A DNA stretch of 64,000 nt from Dictyostelium discoideum. Taxonomy: Eukaryota. The stretch covers positions 5,344,001 to 5,408,000 of the forward strand of contig CM000151.3 in assembly GCA_000004695.1 (NCBI GenBank), read 5' to 3'. Made by a program: the position numbers and the translations under genes. The notes beneath the pieces were generated by a model. The model was not told the DNA's origin and did no database searches. It worked only from the letters and a program-made list of their open reading frames with translations. Position 1 is the stretch's first letter. The number at the start of each line of letters is the position of its first letter. Below, one piece after another: positions 57,406 through 64,000 of this stretch.

Positions 57406-57723
57406 ATGGCAAAAGGATTAACAAAGAAACCAACCAAAAAAAATAAATCATTACCAGCAACTACATCTCACGAAACACCAAAACCTTCAGTTGGATTTTT
57501 TAGTAGATTAAGCGCCAACAAAACATTAGGAAATATTATTGTTAGTTCAGCAAATTTGGTTTGTTTCACAACTAGAAAAATTTTAAATATGACATGGGTT
57601 ACAGTTACATTTGCAGCACTTTTCCTTACTCCAGCTTATAAATGTTTATCAGCTGATTTAGAAGAAACTGAAAAAGGTACCGATAATCCAGATGATGCTT
57701 TACCAGAAGGAATGTTGGATTAA
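57406..57723 (+). CDS. small single-pass membrane protein (105 aa); possible TOM22/Tom9-like outer-membrane receptor subunit
   Basis: ATG-to-TAA ORF. It has a basic N-terminus, one hydrophobic segment (WVTVTFAALFLTPA) and an acidic C-terminal tail (EETEKGTDNPDDALPEGMLD). There is weak by-eye similarity to the TOM22 TM-flanking region. The name is tentative. Confidence 0.5.
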   Translation: MAKGLTKKPTKKNKSLPATTSHETPKPSVGFFSRLSANKTLGNIIVSSANLVCFTTRKILNMTWVTVTFAALFLTPAYKCLSADLEETEKGTDNPDDALPEGMLD

Positions 57724-58356
57724 ATATAATATACTTCAAATTATATAAAAATAAATAATAAATAAATAATAAATAATAACAATAAAAAAACAATAAAAAG
57801 AAATAATCAATTGTAAAATTTTTACATAAAACTGCAAAAACGTCAACAAAACATCAACACACATACACACACACAAATACACCTCAACCTTTTAATACAA
57901 AAACCTCAACCTTTTAATACAAAAACCTCAACAAACACACAGTAAACCAAAACGAAAACCAAGAAAAAAAAAAAAATCTAATCAAGATTAATTTTAATAA
58001 ATTAAGAATCTTTTGTTTTTTTTTAAAATAAAAAAATAAAATAAAAAAAAATAAAAAATAAAAAATAAAAAAAATTTAAAAAAGATAATTAAACTATTTA
58101 TTTATTCTTTATTCTTTATTTTTATTTTTATTTTTTTTATAAATATCAACATACTTTATCCTTTCGTTTTTTTAATAAAAAAAAAAAAAATAAAATAAAA
58201 TAAAATAAAATAAAAAAAAAAAAAATTAAAAAAAACGAAAAGCGAATTTTGAGAATTTTTTCTTTTTTCCTATTTTTTTATTTTTTATTTTTTTTATTTT
58301 TTTTATTTTTTTCTATAAACTGTACATATAAATAAATAAATAAAGATTTAATAATA

Positions 58357-58511
58357 ATGGGTAGATATAGTGGTCATGGTGGTACACACACAAAAAAAAA
58401 ACAATACAAAAGAGCTAGAAGTACAAAAAATAGAGCAAAAGGTAAAAAATAAACACCCCCATCAATAATAATAATAATAATATTAATAATAATAATAATT
58501 ATAATAATAAT

Positions 58512-58551
<40 letters not shown>

Positions 58552-59020
58552 GTTATGACTTATGTATATAAATACATACAACATATATTATATAAAAATA
58601 CTAATATATATTATAATAATTTATTTATTATAATCAAAAAACATATAACAATAACAATAATAATTTTTTAAAAAAAAAGACATTGATCAAATTTTTGATG
58701 AAATCCAACCAGAAACTATAGATAAATTTTCAAAATTTGAAGTAGATCCAGATTTACCTGGTATGGGTCAAAATTATTGTATACATTGTTCTAAACATTT
58801 TGTTACAAATGAAGATTTACAAAGTCATATTAAAGGAAAACCACATAAAATTAGAGTAAAAGAATTAAAAACTAAACCATATTCACTTGCAGAGAGTCAA
58901 ATACCAGTTGATAATGGTGTAAAATTAAATAGAGATGCAAATGGTGTTCCAACTACAACTGATGTTACTGGTACAATTAAAAAATCAACAACTACAACAA
59001 CAACCACCACTACCGTTTAA
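58357..59020 (+). CDS. ZNF593/Bud20-type C2H2 zinc-finger ribosome-biogenesis protein, 2 exons: 58357..58441, 58680..59020
   Basis: Exon 1 is MGRYSGHGGTHTKKKQYKRARSTKNRAK plus a G (phase 1), with donor GTAAAA at 58442. The intron is rich in ATT/AAT repeats. The acceptor aaaaAG (58678-58679) gives D-IDQIFDEIQPETIDKFSKFEVDPDLPGMGQNYCIHCSKHFVTNEDLQSHIKGKPHKIRVKELKTKPYS. This matches ZNF593 (...[20 protein letters not shown]...HFRSKDHKKRLKQL..EPYSQ). Confidence 0.8.
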
Positions 59021-59179
59021 ATTATATAAAATTATAAAAAATAAAAAAATATTTAAAAAATATTTAAAAAAAAAATATATATATAAAAAGAAATAGAACT
59101 TTTATTTATTTAATTAATTATTTATTTATTTTGTTTTGTTTGGTTTTGTTTTGTTTATTTTTTTTTTTTTTTTTTTTTT

Positions 59180-61487
59180 TTAAAATTTCCAATCAGACAT
59201 GAAATCAGTATCTTGTTCAATTAATTTTGATTTTTGTTGATAAGCTAATGGAACAGTTGAAGATTTCTTTTTAAAAGAATTTTCATACATTACTTGATAA
59301 GTGACAAATGAGAATTCATTTAAATCAATGATATTTTTAAGACCATTATCAAATAATTTTGCCATTTTACTAACTTCTGGAGCGTAATGGTCACGAAGAA
59401 TTTGAATTTCCCAAAGTGAACTTGAGATAGCATTACATTTACTTGGATCTTCTTCAATTGGATCATATGGATCATTTCCATATAAACCTTTAATATTATC
59501 TAATGATTCTTGTTGTTGTGGTTGTAAATCTTGTTTAATTAATAATACAGATTGTCTAGTAATTTGTTGTTGCTGCTGTTGTTGTTGTACTTGATTTTGA
59601 GTATTTGGTAATGGTTTAATTGGATTATTAATTAAACAATGACAATTTACATTTCTTTGTAAAAGATTGTAAATCAATGGTAATAAAATTAATGAACCAT
59701 ATGGTGGAGAAATTAAACAAAGAGTTGCACATCTCTTTATAAATGCAGCAACCATATAATTTGGTAAAGATTTTGATGATAAAAATAAATCTGCTAATTT
59801 AAAAAATCTAGCTCTATATTTTGCATATAAAACACCTGGTTGAAATAATGAATATAATTTTTTAAAAAAGTCTGGATATTCTCTTTAATAATAAATAAAT
59901 TAATAAGTTAATAAACTATTACTTGAATATATATATATATATATAATTATAGTATACTTACAAATTATATTTTGTAATTAAAATGAAAACACCATTTAAA
60001 GCTAAAATTGAAGTTACACCACCTAAATCATAAGAGTTTGTAAAGAAATCTAAAAGTACTTTTGCATCGGTTAAATAAGGGAAAACACGATCAGGTAAAC
60101 CAAGTAAAACATGTTTATAGATTGTTGGTGGTAATGGTAAAGTTAAGAAAGAGATCCAAGATTTACTAAAGATTGATCTATAAGAGGAGATCTTTGTTAA
60201 TGATGACCAATTTGAAGATAATCTCTCCCATTCCTTTTCATTGAAATTCTTTGGTTTCTCCCAATTTGATCTCTTTGATTGTTGTTTTAATTTAGTTTTT
60301 AATGAAGAATTATTCTCAGTGATACAAGAGAAATGTGGTTTACCAACCCAAAATTCCCATTCATCAGGTACAACTTGTAATGGTTCAAAAAATGTTAAGA
60401 AATCAAATAAATTTTCAACAAATTTTGAAATACTTGATACATTTGGATAAATTGATTTAAATTCTTGTTCAGTAGTAGTGGTGGTGGTGCTAGTGGTATT
60501 CTTTTTATTTATTAATGCAATTGTTGATGTTGATATCTCATTAATTGAAACTAAAGAATAGTAGAATAGATCTTGATATTTTGATAAATAATTCTCAGTG
60601 AAATGGTCTAATAGTTTAGTATTGAATGTATTTGAAAACATCATTGTTGAAATCAACTGTTTTAAAGTTTGTTTTGAAATATTATGAAAATGTTGTTTAT
60701 CTTCGTCATCTAAAAGTTGCTTTTCTTCTTGTTCATTTGGTAATGTTGATAATAGAATTGATTCTCTTTTTAAAATATTTAATAAAGTTGTTAATGTTGG
60801 TAATTGAATTGATGGATCTTCATGAATTAATAATTCTTTTAATAATTCTAAATAACCAACATAAATTTTATATAACCAATGAATATAAATTACTAATGGT
60901 TCTTTTGATTTACATTCAACATTTGTTTCTTTATTTTTTAATAATTTAAATTCTCTACAAATTATTGGATTACTTGAATCAAATAAATTTATAAAAATTC
61001 TTTCTAATGATTTAATTGATTCAAATACAATTTCTAATTCTTTAATATTCTATAAGAAAAAAAAAAAAAAAAAGAAAAAATTAATATTAATATTAATATT
61101 AATAAATAAATAAATATTTTTTTTTTTTTTTTTTTTTACTTTTCTACTTACTGATTTACAAATTTTAATAATTTCTAAAATTTTATTTGAATTTTCAGTA
61201 CTTTCAATAACTTGTGATTCAATTTCTTTAATTTTTTCAATTGGTGATTTTTCAATTTGAATTGGTTTTTTATTTAATTTTGTTGATTTTGATGATGGAG
61301 TTGGTGCTGAGAAAACACGATTCTTTTCAAATTTACTTAAAACTTTTTTGGTTGTTGTAACTGGTGTGGTTGTTGATTTAGTTACTTTTTTAATTGCAAC
61401 TTTTGATTCTACTTCTGTTGTTGTTGTTGTTGTTGTTGTTGGTGGTGTTACAACAATTGATTTCTTTGTTGCTTTTGGTACAACCAT
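59180..61487 (-). CDS. nucleolar complex protein 4 (NOC4/NOC4L, CBF/Mak21 family), 3 exons: 61487..61152, 61049..59962, 59882..59180 (minus strand)
   Basis: Conserved NOC4 blocks are present:
- HVLLGLPDRVFPYLTDAKVLLDFFTNSYDLGGVTSILALNGVFILITKYNL | EYPDFFKKLYSLFQPGVLYAKYRARFFKLADLFLSSKSLPNYMVAAFIKR
- DPYDPIEEDPSKCNAISSSLWEIQILRDHYAPEVSK
Exon 1 has ATG at 61487 and ends ...IIKICKS before minus-strand GTAAGT (plus 61151-61146). A 102-bp intron precedes the acceptor cttatAG. Exon 2 ends in phase 2 (AAT TT) before GTAAGT (plus 61961... see note). The acceptor attaaAG gives TT+A = Leu, then EYPDFF... Frames were checked against both ORF-track fragments. Both intermediate 'M' starts are TTG. (Exon 2 donor lies at plus 59961-59956.). 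Confidence 0.8.
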
Positions 61488-61819
61488 TTTATTTTTTTTC
61501 TCTTTTTTTCTAAGGGGTAAAATGAAATAAAATAAAATAAAAAAAAAAAAAAAAAAAAAAAAAAACGATCGAAAAAAAATTTTTCAAAAATAAAAATAAA
61601 AAAAAAAAAAAAAAAAAATAAATAAAACAAAAAAAAAAAAAAAAAAAAAAAAAATTGTAAAACAGAACCCAAGCCAAGTTATATTAAAAATTGATAAAAA
61701 AAAAAATTAAATAAAAAAAAAAAAAATAAAGAAATTAAATTAAGATATTAAATGGTAATAAAAAAATTTTATCTTATTTTTTAATTTTTATTTTTTTTTA
61801 TTTTTTTATTTTTTTAATT

Positions 61820-61852
<33 letters not shown>

Positions 61853-62027
61853 TTTTTTTTAAATTACCAATTTCCAACACATAAAAAAAAAAAATTCAAC
61901 CATTTGTACATATAATATAATATTAGGTTGTTTTCATTTTATTTTATTTTTTCAAAGCAATCAAAAAAAAAAAAAAAAGCAATCAAAAAAAAAGAAAAGC
62001 ATAATAAAGAAATTTAATTGTACAAAT

Positions 62028-62063
<36 letters not shown>

Positions 62064-62102
62064 ATGGTATACAAATATAAAAAAAAAAAAAAAAAAAAAA
62101 AT

Positions 62103-64000
62103 ATGTTTTCATCACAAAATAATTCATATATGATGATGATGGGTGGTGGTGGTATTGGTAATATAAATAATAATCAATTTTATTCACCAATTATTAGTAC
62201 ATCAGCACAATCATTTAATTCAATAGTAGAATGGAAAAGAGATATTATAAGGCAATTGAATGATAGGAACCAAAATCAAACCAACAATTACTCTGAATTC
62301 ATGAGAATATATACAGATTTATTAAAGAGAGAACGTACATTAAACGATCGTACATTGTTATATGAAAAAGAGATAGTTTCATTAAGAAACGAGAAAAAGA
62401 CACAACAACAACCTCCATCAGGTTCCTCTAAAATGGATTCGTCGTCGTCGTCGTCTTCATCGAATCGTGTTAGTGGTATGGGATCAACGATTGAAGAAAT
62501 GGAGCAAAAACTATTCAAACTTCAAGAAGATTTAACCAATAGTTATAAAAGAAATGCTGATAATGCCTCTAGCATTCTATTATTAAATGATAAGAATAAA
62601 GATTTACAAAATGAATTAATGTCAAAAGAGATTGAAATCGAAAGAATTCGATCAACTATTCAACAAGATTTAGATTCAATAAAAAGATTAGAAATGGTTG
62701 TAATTGAAAAAGAAAATGTTTCACAAATTATTAGAGATGAATTATCATCATTACAAGTAAGTTTTTCAATTTATTTATTGTGGTTTATTATTTAAAATAT
62801 AAAATATTAATTATTATTATTATTATTTATTAGACAGAATTTTTACATAATGAAAGTAAAGTTGTAAAATTAGAACAAGAGAATAGTAGTTTAGTTGAAA
62901 GATGGTTAAGAAAAAAGAATGAAGAAGCAAGTAAAATGAATGAAGCAAATGATTTTTATCAAAAGATGGTAGAACAAAGAGATAGTACACCAGCTAAAGC
63001 TGCTGTACAATTGAGTGAGAGTATTTCGAATTTGGTGGTGAAATTACCAGATGCCAATGATGTACCAATACCTATTGTATTGGAGAGGGGTGTATTTTCA
63101 TCAGAGGCAATGCTACCGAGTAAAGCGAAAAAGAGATGGACAGGTCATAATTCTGAGATCTATTGTATGGCTTTCAATTCAATTGGTAATCTTTTGGCAA
63201 CTGGTGGTGGTGATAAATGTGTAAAGGTTTGGGATGTAATTAGTGGTCAACAGAAATCAACGTTATTGGGTGCCTCACAATCGATTGTATCGGTTAGTTT
63301 CTCACCAAATGATGAATCGATATTGGGCACGAGTAATGATAATTCAGCACGTCTTTGGAATACGGAATTGGGTCGTTCAAGACACACATTGACTGGCCAT
63401 ATTGGTAAGGTGTATACGGGTAAATTCATAAACTCGAATCGTGTGGTCACGGGCAGTCATGATCGTACTATCAAATTGTGGGATCTTCAAAAGGGTTATT
63501 GTACACGTACCATCTTTTGTTTCTCAAGTTGTAATGATTTGGTGATCCTAGGTGGTAGTGGCACTCATTTAGCTAGTGGTCATGTCGATCATAGTGTCAG
63601 ATTTTGGGATTCAAACGCTGGTGAACCAACTCAAGTACTCTCATCGATTCACGAGGGTCAAATCACTTCAATCACAAATTCACCCACAAATACCAATCAA
63701 ATCCTTACAAACTCTCGTGATCATACCCTAAAGATCATCGATATACGTACCTTTGATACAATTAGAACCTTTAAGGATCCAGAATATCGTAATGGTCTAA
63801 ATTGGACTAAAGCTTCTTGGTCTCCAGATGGTCGTTATATTGCATCAGGTTCAATCGATGGTTCAATTTGTATTTGGGATGCTACAAATGGTAAAACCGT
63901 TAAAGTTTTAACAAAAGTTCATAATAATGGTTCTTCAGTTTGTTGTTGTTCTTGGTCACCATTAGCAAATATTTTTATATCTGCTGATAAAGATAAAAAT
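62103..64000 (+). CDS. atg16: autophagy protein Atg16 (N-terminal coiled coil + WD40 repeats), 2 exons: 62103..62756, 62834..>64000 (3' end outside window)
   Basis: Exon 1 has the Atg16 N-terminal/coiled-coil region (SIVEWKRDIIRQLNDRNQ...YEKEIVSLRNEKK...LQEDLTNSYKRNAD...). It ends ...ELSSLQ in phase 0 before GTAAGT (62757). The acceptor ttattAG is at 62832-62833. Exon 2 is open for 389 codons to the window edge and encodes WD40 repeats (GHNSEIYCMAFNS..., VKVWDV, ARLWN, IKLWDL, VRFWD, ICIWDA). An in-frame upstream ATG at 62064 is followed by a 30-nt poly(A) run (poly-Lys), so 62103 (MFSSQNN) is preferred. Exon 2 has no ATG and so is missing from the ORF track. Confidence 0.85.

Overview
The window is eukaryotic nuclear DNA and, by inference, a Dictyostelium discoideum-type chromosomal segment. 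The inference rests on roughly 75-80 % A+T, intergenic DNA made of poly(dA)/poly(dT) and AAT/ATT microsatellites, proteins full of poly-Asn/poly-Gln tracts, and short (80-160 bp) extremely AT-rich introns with GTAAGT/GTATGT donors and (T)nAG acceptors. The region is gene dense. I can support about 20 protein-coding genes, most with 1-4 small introns that I placed by reading frame and splice-site logic, and one tRNA-Lys(CUU) with a downstream external B box.

Recognisable products:
- actin, 3' part (gene runs off the window start)
- ADGF-family adenosine deaminase
- eIF4G
- Uso1/p115 golgin
- ARID-domain protein
- THADA homolog
- PC4/Sub1 coactivator
- PH-domain protein
- VPS9-domain (Rab5-GEF-like) protein
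- TBC RabGAP
- ZNF593/Bud20 zinc finger
- NOC4 (CBF/Mak21 family)
- Atg16 (WD40; runs off the window end)
- several secreted or membrane proteins and hypothetical Asn-rich proteins

There are no prokaryotic features: no CRISPR, operons, or integrase/defence islands. I found no convincing multi-gene novel system.

The most unusual items are:
- a Ras-superfamily pseudo-GTPase with degenerate G-motifs but an intact CAAX box
- a ~600 bp compositionally complex non-coding block beside the tRNA
- DUSE-like (ACCCACAA) motifs in a 2.2 kb intergenic region
- a triplicated palindromic motif between two convergent genes
- a ~110-180 bp (AAT)n/(ATT)n inverted microsatellite pair

Many ORF-track 'M' starts are actually TTG codons. 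I checked true ATG starts and exon joins by hand where stated.
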